A stretch of DNA of 64,000 nt, taken from assembly GCA_964220295.1 (NCBI GenBank), contig CAXPUM010000015.1, forward strand, positions 7,761-71,760, in the 5' to 3' direction. This stretch comes from Flavobacteriaceae bacterium. Its GTDB lineage: Bacteria; Bacteroidota; Bacteroidia; Flavobacteriales; Flavobacteriaceae. The stretch's first letter is position 1, and each line of letters starts with the position of its first letter. Shown in pieces: positions 35,474 to 45,900 of the stretch. The translations under genes were made by a program, and so were the position numbers. Below the pieces are notes generated by a model. It saw nothing but the letters and a program-made list of their open reading frames with translations. It was not told the DNA's origin and ran no database searches.

Positions 35474-36556
35474 ATGAAGAAGATTCCAATTTTAATTGGT
35501 TTTCTGGCCGTCTTATTTACGATAGGCTGTAATTCTCACAAAGAGGAAAAACATGAGGAAGAAATTTTCCAGGTTACGAATCCGATCCGGAAAGACACCT
35601 CGTTCACTAAAGAATATGTCGCACAGATTCACTCCATTCGCCATATAGAACTGCGCGCAATGGAAAAAGGTTACCTGAAGAACATTTCGGTAGATGAAGG
35701 GCAACATGTGGAAAAAGGTCAGCGTATGTTCGAGATCATGCCAAATATCTACCAGGCCGAACTTCAGAAAGCAAAAGCTGAAAGCAGCGCTGCGGAAATC
35801 GAATATCAAAATACCAAAATGCTGGCCGATAGTAATGTGGTTTCTCCAAACGAACTTTCTCTGGCTAAAGCCAATTATGACAAGGCTAAAGCTGAAGTAA
35901 ACCTGGCTCAGACCCATCTTGGTTTTACAGATGTCCGCGCTCCCTTCAGCGGAATCATGGATCACCTGGAAGTTAGGGAAGGAAGTATGCTTGAAGAAGG
36001 TGAGCTCTTGACCTCCCTTTCAGATAACAGTAAGATGTGGGTATATTTTAATGTTCCGGAAGCCGAATATCTGGATTACATGATGAATACCAAAAACAAT
36101 CATCAGAAACAGGTGAACCTTCTTTTAGCAAACAATAAGAAATTCAACCAGGAAGGAATAGTGGAAACCATCGAAGGTGAGTTTGATAACAAGACTGGAA
36201 ATATTGCTTTTCGTGCAACTTTCCCAAATCCTGATGGAGTTCTAAGACATGGTGAAACCGGAAATATCTTAATGACCATCCCCTTACCTCACGCCATGTT
36301 GATTCCCCAAAAAGCAACTTTCGAAGTCTTAGATAAAAAGTATGTTTTTACTGTAGATGATAAAAACGTAGTTCATCAGACCGAAATAAAAGTCGGAGCC
36401 GAGTTACCGCACCTTTTTGTGGTGGAAGAAGGTCTTACAGAAAATGACAAGGTGCTTCTGGAAGGCATCAGAATGGTAAAAGACAACCAGGAAATCCATA
36501 CTGAAATGGAAAAACCGGAAGAGGTTCTTTCCAACCTGGACCTTTACACAGAATAG
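35474..36556 (+). CDS. Efflux RND transporter periplasmic adaptor (membrane fusion protein)
   Basis: 360 aa with lipobox FTIGCNS. It has a coiled-coil hairpin (AELQKAKAESSAAEIEYQN...LAKANYDKAKAEVNLAQ) and the motif FTDVRAPFSGI. Confidence 0.9.
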   Translation: MKKIPILIGFLAVLFTIGCNSHKEEKHEEEIFQVTNPIRKDTSFTKEYVAQIHSIRHIELRAMEKGYLKNISVDEGQHVEKGQRMFEIMPNIYQAELQKAKAESSAAEIEYQNTKMLADSNVVSPNELSLAKANYDKAKAEVNLAQTHLGFTDVRAPFSGIMDHLEVREGSMLEEGELLTSLSDNSKMWVYFNVPEAEYLDYMMNTKNNHQKQVNLLLANNKKFNQEGIVETIEGEFDNKTGNIAFRATFPNPDGVLRHGETGNILMTIPLPHAMLIPQKATFEVLDKKYVFTVDDKNVVHQTEIKVGAELPHLFVVEEGLTENDKVLLEGIRMVKDNQEIHTEMEKPEEVLSNLDLYTE

Positions 36557-36580
36557 CTAATTCTAAAATCTTAAGATAAC

Positions 36581-39500
36581 ATGTTTAAAAAGTTTATCCA
36601 TAGACCAGTATTGGCTATTGTCATCTCGGTGATCATCGTGTTCGTTGGGATGTTGGCGATCAAGCAACTGCCTATTTCGCAGTTCCCGCAGATTGCGCCA
36701 ACAACGGTCAATGTATTTATAGCCTACCCGGGTGCGAGTGCAGATGTACTTGTAAAATCGACCTTAATTCCCCTGGAAACTTCTATTAACGGAGTACAGG
36801 GAATGCGCTATATCGCTTCTGATGCGACCAGCGCCGGAGAAGGAACGCTTCGTGTAATTTTCGAACCGGGAACCGATCCCAATGATGCTGTAGTCCGGGT
36901 CAAGACCCGGGTAGATCAGGTTATGCCACTACTGCCGGAACTGGTGCAGCGTGAAGGTGTAACCATTACCCCGGTGCAGCCAAGTATGTTGATGTATGTC
37001 AACCTTTACAGTAAAAAGAAAAATACTGATGAGAAATTCCTTTATAATTATGCCTATACAAGGATAGTTCCCGAAATTCAACGTATCAACGGTATTGCCA
37101 GCGCACAGATTCTTGGTAGCCGTAAGTTTGCGATGCGAGTCTGGCTGAAACCAGACAGGATGAGGGCTTACAATATTTCTGCGGAAGAGGTGCTGGAAGC
37201 TATGGAAGATCAAAGCATCCTGGCACGTCCTGGCCGGCTTGGTCGGAGTTCCGGTAAAAAAGCGCAGGCGCTGGAATACGTGTTGACTTACCAGGACAGG
37301 TATAGTGAACCCGAACAATATAAAGATATAATCCTTCGAGCGAATGAAGAAGGAGAACTGATCAAACTGGGCGATGTTGCCGATGTGGAACTGGGAAGTG
37401 AATTTTTCGATATTTATTCGAATTTAGACGGAAAACCTTCGGCATCTATTGTTCTTAAGCAAACTTTCGGAAGTAACGGTAGCGACGTTATCAAGGATGT
37501 TAAAGACAAACTGAAGGAGCTTAAGCAGGACCTGCCGCCAGGTGTTGATTATAAGATTAGTTATGACGTTTCCAATTTCCTTGATGCGTCGATCGAGCAG
37601 GTACTGCATACATTACGTGATGCGTTTATTTTGGTGGCCATCGTGGTGTTCCTATTCCTAGGGGACTGGCGCTCTACTCTGATACCTATTATCGCCGTAC
37701 CAGTATCATTAATCGGTGCATTTTTCGTGATGCAGATATTCGGATTATCGATCAACCTGATCACACTTTTCGCGCTGGTACTCGCGATTGGTATCGTGGT
37801 AGATAACGCGATTGTTGTCGTGGAAGCGGTGCACGTGAAGATGGAGGAAGAAAATCTCACACCGTACAAAGCATCATCGGCAGTACTTGGAGAAATTGGT
37901 GGTGCGATCATCGCGATCACCCTGGTAATGGTATCGGTATTCATCCCGATTTCCTTTATGTCGGGACCGGTTGGAGTTTTCTACAGGCAGTTCTCGATCA
38001 CCATGGCCGGTTCCATCGTAATTTCCGCAGTAGTTGCGCTGACACTTACCCCGGTTCTCTGCGCGATGCTGCTGAAGAACACCCACGGAAAACCCCGCAA
38101 AAAATCACCTATCAATCGTTTTATCGACTGGTTTAACCGGGGCTTTGAAAGACTTACCGGAAGGTACGTTGGCTTCCTGAACTATATTGTGAACAGAAGG
38201 GTGATCACTTTTGGAATTCTTCTCGCTTTCTGCGCCGGAATTTTCCTAACCAATAAGGTCCTGCCGGCAGGATTCATTCCCAGTGAAGACCAGGGAATGA
38301 TCTACGCGATCATCCAGACTCCGCCGGGTGCGACGTTAGAGAGAACGAATGATGTGGCCAGAAAACTTCAGAAACTGAGTGAAGAAGTGGAAGGTGTAGA
38401 ATCGGTTTCTTCCCTGGCAGGTTACGAGATTATGACCGAGGGTCGTGGTTCCAATGCTGGTACCTGTTTGATCAACTTAAAACCCTGGTCAGATCGGGAA
38501 CATTCGGTTCATGAAATCATGGAGGAGTTGGAAGAAAAAAGTAAGAATCTGGGTGCGGTAATTGAATATTTCGAGCCACCAGCAGTTCCCGGTTTTGGTT
38601 CTTCTGCCGGTTTCTCACTTCGTTTACTGGACAAAACAAACTCGACAGATTATCATGAATTTGAGAGAATTAATAATGAATTTCTGGAGGAGTTAGGCAA
38701 GCGAAAAGAACTTAGTGGACTTTTTACCTTTTTCGCGGCAAATTATCCGCAGTATGAGTTGAAAATTAATAATAAAGCGGCCATGCAAAAAGGTGTTTCC
38801 ATTGGTAAAGCTATGGAAAACCTCAACATCCTTATTGGTAGTACTTACGAACAGGGATTCATCAAATTTGGCCGATTCTTTAAAGTGTATACTCAGGCCG
38901 CTCCGGAATATCGAGGAATGCCTTCAGATTTAGAAGAGTTGTATGTGAAGAATGAGGAAGGTGAAATGGTGCCTTATTCGTCCTTTATGACGATGGAAAA
39001 GAAACTGGGTCCAAATGAGATCACCCGTTACAACCTGTATAATTCTGCTGCAATTCGAGGATTACCGGCCAAGGGTTACACTACTGGTGATGCGATCGAA
39101 GCTATTCGTGAAGTTGCAAAAGAAAAATTACCCAGGGGTTATGACATTGCCTGGGAAGGATTGTCTTACGATGAGGCAAACCGCGGTAATGATGCCCTAT
39201 TCATTTTCATAATCGTACTGGTATTCGTGTATTTCGTGCTTGCCGCGCAATACGAAAGCTTCCTTTTACCATTCGCAGTGTTACTCTCCTTACCCGTTGG
39301 GGTTTTTGGATCATTCCTGTTGTTAAAACTAATGGGACTTTCAAACGATGTATATGCCCAGATCGGGGTAATTATGCTCGTTGGTCTACTCGGTAAAAAT
39401 GCCGTACTGATCGTGGAATTTGCCGTTCAGAAGAACAGGCAGGGCGCCAGCATTCTGGAAGCCGCAATCGAAGGAGCGAAAATGCGATTCAGACCAATTT

Positions 39501-39823
39501 TAATGACCTCGTTTGCATTTATCGCAGGACTGATTCCGCTGGTTATTGCAACCGGTGCGGGAGCGATTGGAAACCGAACCATAGGTGGGTCGGCCCTTGG
39601 AGGAATGCTGATAGGAACCTTGTTTGGAGTGATCGTGATCCCTGGTCTTTATTACATCTTCGGAAAAATGTCTGAAGGAAAAAGCCTGATCAAGGATGAA
39701 CATCACGAAACGTTCACCGAAGAATTTATTCGTACCAATGAAGGTGAAGGAAGCGTGAGAGAAAAACTCCGAAGGATCAATAAAAAACTGAAAAAATTAA
39801 TGAAAAGAAAAGACGATGAATAA
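36581..39823 (+). CDS. Efflux RND transporter permease (AcrB/HAE1-type)
   Basis: 1080 aa with a 12-TM architecture. It starts MFKKFIHRPVLAIVISV and has the TM4 region ALVLAIGIVVDNAIVVVE. Confidence 0.95.
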   Translation: MFKKFIHRPVLAIVISVIIVFVGMLAIKQLPISQFPQIAPTTVNVFIAYPGASADVLVKSTLIPLETSINGVQGMRYIASDATSAGEGTLRVIFEPGTDPNDAVVRVKTRVDQVMPLLPELVQREGVTITPVQPSMLMYVNLYSKKKNTDEKFLYNYAYTRIVPEIQRINGIASAQILGSRKFAMRVWLKPDRMRAYNISAEEVLEAMEDQSILARPGRLGRSSGKKAQALEYVLTYQDRYSEPEQYKDIILRANEEGELIKLGDVADVELGSEFFDIYSNLDGKPSASIVLKQTFGSNGSDVIKDVKDKLKELKQDLPPGVDYKISYDVSNFLDASIEQVLHTLRDAFILVAIVVFLFLGDWRSTLIPIIAVPVSLIGAFFVMQIFGLSINLITLFALVLAIGIVVDNAIVVVEAVHVKMEEENLTPYKASSAVLGEIGGAIIAITLVMVSVFIPISFMSGPVGVFYRQFSITMAGSIVISAVVALTLTPVLCAMLLKNTHGKPRKKSPINRFIDWFNRGFERLTGRYVGFLNYIVNRRVITFGILLAFCAGIFLTNKVLPAGFIPSEDQGMIYAIIQTPPGATLERTNDVARKLQKLSEEVEGVESVSSLAGYEIMTEGRGSNAGTCLINLKPWSDREHSVHEIMEELEEKSKNLGAVIEYFEPPAVPGFGSSAGFSLRLLDKTNSTDYHEFERINNEFLEELGKRKELSGLFTFFAANYPQYELKINNKAAMQKGVSIGKAMENLNILIGSTYEQGFIKFGRFFKVYTQAAPEYRGMPSDLEELYVKNEEGEMVPYSSFMTMEKKLGPNEITRYNLYNSAAIRGLPAKGYTTGDAIEAIREVAKEKLPRGYDIAWEGLSYDEANRGNDALFIFIIVLVFVYFVLAAQYESFLLPFAVLLSLPVGVFGSFLLLKLMGLSNDVYAQIGVIMLVGLLGKNAVLIVEFAVQKNRQGASILEAAIEGAKMRFRPILMTSFAFIAGLIPLVIATGAGAIGNRTIGGSALGGMLIGTLFGVIVIPGLYYIFGKMSEGKSLIKDEHHETFTEEFIRTNEGEGSVREKLRRINKKLKKLMKRKDDE

Positions 39824-41270
39824 ACAATCGATTTTCAGAATTATAAAAACTAGATCTATCTGGATAGGTGCTTTTGCAACTTTGTGCCTATTCAGCTGTG
39901 TACCGTCAAGGGAGATCAGGGAGGCCAATACCTCCCTGCCCGGCGGTTACGAAAATCAGGTGAAGACCGATACGCTCAATAGCGCAGTGATGAACTGGAA
40001 AGACTTTTTCAAGGATGAAAAACTCCAGGCCTTGATCGATACTGCACTGGTGAATAACCAGGAACTGAATATCACCATGCAGCAGGTCGCAATGGCCCGC
40101 AACGAGATAAGGGCACGAAAAGGCGAGTATCTGCCATCAATGAATTTACAGGCAGCTGCCGAAGTTGAAAAAGTTGGCCGTTATACCAGCCAAGGCGCCA
40201 ACGATGCGAATACAGACATTCGTCCGGAAGAAGAATTCCCTGAACCATTGCCAAATTATATGGCCGGTGTTTTCGCTTCCTGGGAGCTGGATGTCTGGAA
40301 AAAACTTCGGAATTCTAAAAAAGCGGCGGTCATGGAATACTTATCTTCTGTGGAAGGACAGCATTTTATGATGACCAATATCATTTCAGAAATAGCCCAA
40401 TCTTATTATGAATTGATCGCTTTAGACAATAAACTGGCGATCATTGATCAAAACCTGGGCATACAGGGGAATGCGCTGAAAACAATAAGAATTCAGAAGC
40501 AGGCTGCCAGAGCAACGGAGCTTGGAGTTCGCCGTTTTGAAGCGGAAGTTTTGAAGAATAAAAGTGAGCGATACGAGGTTCAGCAGGAAATCGTGGAGAC
40601 CGAAAACAGGATCAACTTCCTAATTGGTCAAACTCCGCAGCATGTGGAGAGAAATTCCGAAGATTTTATTCAGCAAAAACTGGATACGCTTTATAGTGGA
40701 GTTCCCTCTCAATTGCTAAAAAACAGGCCAGATATTCGACAGGCAGAATTTGAACTGGCGGCTGCAAAACTGGATGTAAAATCGGCTAAAGCCAACTTTT
40801 ATCCAAGTTTTGAGATCAGAGCCGGAGTGGGACTGGAAGCATTTAAACCAGAGTTTTTGACCACGACTCCAGAATCCTTGCTCTATAACCTGGCGGGCGA
40901 TATGGTGGCGCCGTTGATCAACAGGAACGCTATCAAGGCGGAATATGCCAATGCGAATGCACGGCAATTACAGGCGGTTTTCGATTATGAAAAATCAATT
41001 CTGAATGCTTATATCGAGGTCTCGAACCAATTATCAAATATGGATAAACTTCAGAAAAGTTTTGAACTAAAATCTGAACAGGTTGATGCGTTGACTGAAT
41101 CAATCGATCTGACGAATAAATTATTCCGTTCTGCAAGAGCCGATTATATGGAAGTGTTGCTCACACAACGTGACGCACTGGAATCTAAAATGGACTTAGT
41201 AGAAACCAGGAAAGAACAGTTGCTGGCGAGGGTTTCAATGTATAGAAACCTTGGTGGTGGCTGGAAATAG
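39816..41270 (+). CDS. TolC/NodT-family outer-membrane efflux lipoprotein
   Basis: 484 aa with lipobox LFSCVPS. It overlaps the RND permease stop by 8 nt and ends with the typical NLGGGW. Confidence 0.9.
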   Translation: MNKQSIFRIIKTRSIWIGAFATLCLFSCVPSREIREANTSLPGGYENQVKTDTLNSAVMNWKDFFKDEKLQALIDTALVNNQELNITMQQVAMARNEIRARKGEYLPSMNLQAAAEVEKVGRYTSQGANDANTDIRPEEEFPEPLPNYMAGVFASWELDVWKKLRNSKKAAVMEYLSSVEGQHFMMTNIISEIAQSYYELIALDNKLAIIDQNLGIQGNALKTIRIQKQAARATELGVRRFEAEVLKNKSERYEVQQEIVETENRINFLIGQTPQHVERNSEDFIQQKLDTLYSGVPSQLLKNRPDIRQAEFELAAAKLDVKSAKANFYPSFEIRAGVGLEAFKPEFLTTTPESLLYNLAGDMVAPLINRNAIKAEYANANARQLQAVFDYEKSILNAYIEVSNQLSNMDKLQKSFELKSEQVDALTESIDLTNKLFRSARADYMEVLLTQRDALESKMDLVETRKEQLLARVSMYRNLGGGWK

Positions 41271-41292
41271 TAGTTTTTAATTAGCTGAAAAG

Positions 41293-41325
41293 AAAAAGCC
41301 ATTTCATTTTGAAATGGCTTTTTTT
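41293..41325 (+). terminator. Intrinsic terminator of the RND operon
   Basis: The stem is GCCATTTC (41298-41305) / GAAATGGC (41311-41318) followed by T7, 23 nt after the tolC-like stop. Confidence 0.85.
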
Positions 41326-41380
41326 GTAAAAATTAAAACAGATTCCCCAAAAACTGTTTCAAGATTACCCCAAATTATTT

Positions 41381-41485
41381 TTAATAAGTTTTTCTTTTGC
41401 GTTGTTCGTAAAAAATAATTCCTATCAGGCCGATACATATGATGGCCAAAGGAATAAGTACATATACTTCGTAAGGTATTTTCAT
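41381..41485 (-). CDS. Candidate 34-aa single-pass membrane peptide
   Basis: Too short for the ORF track. My translation is MKIPYEVYVLIPLAIICIGLIGIIFYEQRKRKTY*: one clean TM helix followed by a basic anchor (positive-inside pattern). Confidence 0.3.
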   Translation of the reverse strand: MKIPYEVYVLIPLAIICIGLIGIIFYEQRKRKTY

Positions 41486-41560
41486 ACATCAAATGTGCGT
41501 TAGTTTTAACGATCTAATAGCCGTAATGCATTAATATATTAGTTCTAAGCAAATTTAACA

Positions 41561-41803
41561 TCAATGGAAGAGGATTTTGACAACTAGTGTAACTCCCAAA
41601 GAGGTCAAAACAGCCTGGTAGATTGAGAAGCGCATATCTATTGCATCAAATTTAACCGCAAATTCAGGATTTTCGGCAACTACTTTTTCCAGTAGGCCAA
41701 TACGTTTGGGTGGATTTAACCATTCCTTTCGGTAAAAACGATAGGAAATCACCAGAGCGTAGAAAAAAGATATAAAGATCGGAAAGCTGTCAGTTAATAC
41801 CAT
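41561..41803 (-). CDS. Hypothetical small membrane protein (2 TM)
   Basis: 80-aa ORF with hydrophobic N- and C-terminal helices. It is divergent from the Kir-like channel gene. Confidence 0.45.
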   Translation of the reverse strand: MVLTDSFPIFISFFYALVISYRFYRKEWLNPPKRIGLLEKVVAENPEFAVKFDAIDMRFSIYQAVLTSLGVTLVVKILFH

Positions 41804-41954
41804 AATCCTCTAGATTTAAAATAGATACGAAAGAAACTCAGAGCCGGTTTTAAAAATTTTAAAATTTTCTTAAAATACTAGGATTCATCTAAGAACTAAT
41901 TCGAAATCCTACTAAAACCTCAGCCTTTAATTTGTTTATCTTGCAATCCAGAAA

Positions 41955-42887
41955 ATGAGCGAAATGGCAAAACAGCATTATAATGATCTGGGGCTTGATA
42001 CAAAATCATCTAATAGTGGTTACCGGGCTCTGAACAAAGACGGGAGTTTTAATGTCACCAAAAAAAACGTTTCCTTTCTGGAGCGACTCAATTCCTATCA
42101 TTCCCTGGTTACCATGCCCTGGTCACATTTCTTTTTTATCATTGCTATTTCCTACCTGACGATCAACCTGATTTTTGCACTTATCTATCTCTCCATAGGC
42201 CTGGAACATCTTACCGGAATTGGTGGCGAATCACAGTCCAACCAATTTATAGAAGCCTTTTTCTTCAGCGCTCAAACCATAACAACATTAGGCTACGGGC
42301 GTGTCGCACCTATTGGAATTCTGGCAAATATCGTCGCTGCAACCGAAGCGATGCTGGGTTTACTCATTTTCGCACTGGGAACAGGATTGATGTACGGGCG
42401 ATTTTCGAAACCCACGGCAACCGTAAAGTACAGCAATAATGCTGTTATGGCTCCCTATCATGATATTAACGGATTCATGTTTCGAGTGGTGAACCCTAAG
42501 AAGAATCAGCTTGTAGAAGTTGAAGTAAATCTTACCATGTCGATGCGAAAACTGGATTCTGATAAACGGGAATTCTACACGTTGGAGACTGAACGTTCGA
42601 AGGTTGTTTTTTTTCCAACAATGTGGACCATTGTTCATCCGGTTGGCGAAAACAGCCCGATTTACCAGATAAACGAAGCCGAGCTGCTGGCGCGTGATGC
42701 CGAATTTATCGTGATGATCAAGGCTTTTGATGAATCATTTTCTCAAACCGTATATTCCAGATCTTCTTATAAAGCCGAAGAAATTAAATGGGGACATAAG
42801 TTCGTTTATATTACCGAAACGCAAGGCGGCGGGCTCATGATCGATATTGGCCGTATAAATGAAACCCAGGAAATGCCTTTAAATTAA
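41955..42887 (+). CDS. Inward-rectifier-type (KirBac-like) potassium channel
   Basis: 310 aa. It has two TM helices flanking a pore helix and the selectivity filter TITTLGYG (nt 42276-42299). A Kir-type cytoplasmic Ig-like domain follows (LMYGRFSKP...FRV.N...N.L.EVEV). Confidence 0.85.
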   Translation: MSEMAKQHYNDLGLDTKSSNSGYRALNKDGSFNVTKKNVSFLERLNSYHSLVTMPWSHFFFIIAISYLTINLIFALIYLSIGLEHLTGIGGESQSNQFIEAFFFSAQTITTLGYGRVAPIGILANIVAATEAMLGLLIFALGTGLMYGRFSKPTATVKYSNNAVMAPYHDINGFMFRVVNPKKNQLVEVEVNLTMSMRKLDSDKREFYTLETERSKVVFFPTMWTIVHPVGENSPIYQINEAELLARDAEFIVMIKAFDESFSQTVYSRSSYKAEEIKWGHKFVYITETQGGGLMIDIGRINETQEMPLN

Positions 42888-42985
42888 GCCTTCTTTTATT
42901 TTACTATTCTATTCATAAAACTACTATCTTGCCCGATTCAGGCTGGTATGAATTGGATTACAATTTTACCGGCAGATAATCATAA

Positions 42986-45900
42986 ATGGAAAAAATCGCT
43001 AAACATACAAAGCCTAAAATAAAATGGCTTAAGAGAATTGGTTTGCTAATCGGGCTAATCCTGCTGGCACCGGTAATTCTCTTTAGTGTTGGTTGGTTCA
43101 ATCGGGATTTATTAATAGATGGTATACAGGAATGGTACCGAGCAAATGGTAATGGGGAACTGGAGATCGGTGAGGTAGATGCGACTTTCATCAGTGGTTT
43201 TCCCAATGTAGGCTTTACTATAAACGAGATCTACCAGTCCAGTTTTGACAGCGTGCTGGATAAACGCACCTCAGTGGCGATTAAAAAAGCACGAGTGAAT
43301 ATCGGTGCTAAAGATTTGCTGAAAGGAAACCTTCAGTTTAAAAGTATAGCGATTAGTGATGCCAGGATATTTTCCGAGGTTCAAACCAATAAATCATTGG
43401 AAGATTACATTCTTTTGAAGGAACAATCTCAGGAAAATCCCGATCCGGGAATCCAGTTACCAACCTGGCTGCATCCGAAACTAACAAATTTCAGCCTTCG
43501 AGATGTCCATTTTGTCGCTAAAGACACCATGCTGAACAAATTTTTCGACCTGGAGCTAAATAGCGCTAACGGCGTGATCCGTTCAGAAAAAACAAGGTCT
43601 ACCGGGAATGTCAATTTTGAGATCAAGGCGAACGATCTTGGGTTCAACACCAAAAAAGGTAGTTATATTAACGGTGCCTGGGTGAGTGGACATCCAGAAT
43701 TTGTGCTGAATAAAGAAAATAATATGCTCCTGTTGCCAAAATTTGACATGAGCATAGGCAAACAGGAATTTAAGGTGAATGCTGAGTTCGATTTCACAAA
43801 TATCACCACCTACAATTTTACGCTTGAAAACGAAAAAACCAATTTTCAGCATTTAAAAGAGCTTCTGCCAGACACCCTTCACGAAAAACTTTCCCGCTAC
43901 GATATTGCCAGGCCACTAGAAACAAATTTAAGCCTGGAAGGAAAATTTCAGTATGGCAACGTGCCTTTCATCAATGCCGATTTTTCTACGGAAGGAAATG
44001 CACTGAATATTAATGACAGTATTAATCTGAACAAAGTTTCCTTCAAGGGTTCTCTTACAAACGATTTTCAGGAAAATGGAATGCCGGGAAAACCTGATAT
44101 CAAAGTTTATTTTGAAGACTTCGAAGCCAGCCTGAAGGATATTCAGTTAACGGCGAATAATTCTTTTTACCAATCTACTGAAGAAATAAAAAACCTGGTT
44201 GACGCTACAGTAAAAATCAACGGTTCCAGCCAGAGTTTAGCAAACGTATTAAAAAATGATAATTTTGATTTTAAAGGCGGTGATTTTAGCCTGAACACGC
44301 ATATTGCCGGCGATATAACAGATATTGAACAGATTTTTGATTCTTCAACCGGTAAATTCACAATGAAGAATACCCGAGTGGTATTGAAAGAAAACCAGCT
44401 TCAGTTGCCGATCGAATTAGTCGACCTTAATTTAAATAATGAAAGTTCTGTATTGAACAGCCTGGTCGTTAATTTACCGAACGGGGAAAACCTGGTCTTC
44501 CAGGGAAATGTTCAGCATACCTCTTCCCTCCTCTCTAATGATCCAAAAATTCCCGCGGCCGCCAGCGTTACTTTAGATTCAGATGAATTGAACCTGAATG
44601 ACCTTATTGGTACCGCTATGGAATTTATTCCGAAGAATGAAAAAAAGAGCGACCTGAAAACACTGCATGAAACTTTTGCTGCTATTTACAAGAAATTCAG
44701 GCCACAATTCAAACTAAATCTGAAGGCTCTGAATTACAATGGTATTACGCTGAACGATCTGGATGCCGATGTAAGGTTGCTAGATGCTGAGACGATCATC
44801 TTTGATGATTTTGACTTTCGGTATCAGGGTGCGAGAACCATGCTGAATGGAACTGTAAGAGTTCCTGATCCCGGAGAAGCTAGTGTGGAACCAATTTTCA
44901 TAAAAGTTGCTACCGAATCTTCAGGCCCTATTAGTGTTTTCCAGGATTTGTTCAACATCCAACTTATGAAAATCAATAAAGGCGAATATGCCTTTAAAGG
45001 AAATGTGGAAGGAAATATTCAGAAATTCGAGCAGATCCTGAACAATACCCAGGGTAATCTTAAACTGAAAAATGCCAGTTTTTACTATCCCAATGCTGCT
45101 TCAGATATTGTGTTGGATTCCCTGAATATCGCGGTTGATCATTCAGATGTACGCATCGACCGGTTTAAAATTGAAGTTGGTGATCACCATCCTTTCGCCC
45201 TGAGCGGACAGATCAATGATTTTCCGGGATTTTTGCTGGACGACGTAAAGAAAACAGGAAACATTTCAGTAGATCTCGATGCCCGGTTCGTAGACATGGA
45301 TCAATGGCTGAAAACTATCAATTCTATGGAAAAAGATTCCGTTAAACAAGATATGGAAAGCGGAAAGCTTGAAGCGGTTTTTCAGGATGCTTACGAATTT
45401 CATCCCTCCCTGAACATAAAAATTGATTCGCTTAAATACCAAGACCTCATCACTGAAAAAATGAATGCCCGGGTTCTTTTCAAAAATGATTCGGTGGTAG
45501 AATTAGAGGAGCTGAAACTTAAGTATAAGAAATCAGGTGCACGAATAGTTGGCGCCGTGACCGCACAGCATATAGCCGACTCGGTATTTAGCCAGAATCC
45601 ATTTACTTTCGATTTCAAAACTGAAATTACGGGACCAAATTCCGATTTAAATGATCTCCTGAAAACCAGCAACTTCGTTTTGGAGACCGGAAATTATGAG
45701 TTTCATGGCAGCTATTCCGGTCAGGCAAGAAACATGAAGATCGCTAACTCCATAACTGGTGGTGACCTGGCTATTGGAAAATCCCGAGTAAATGTGAAAG
45801 CTGCAGATCTGGAAATACCGGTTGACAGTCTGCACCTTCAGATAAAAGATAATCTTGCTACTTTGGATCGCCTGGATATTGATCTCCCAGGAAAGAGTTC

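Noticed and set aside
41304-41492. 62-aa minus-strand ORF from the track
   Set aside because: It overlaps the RND operon terminator hairpin and translates to an implausible sequence. A different frame in the same place gives a clean 34-aa TM peptide, which I report instead at low confidence.
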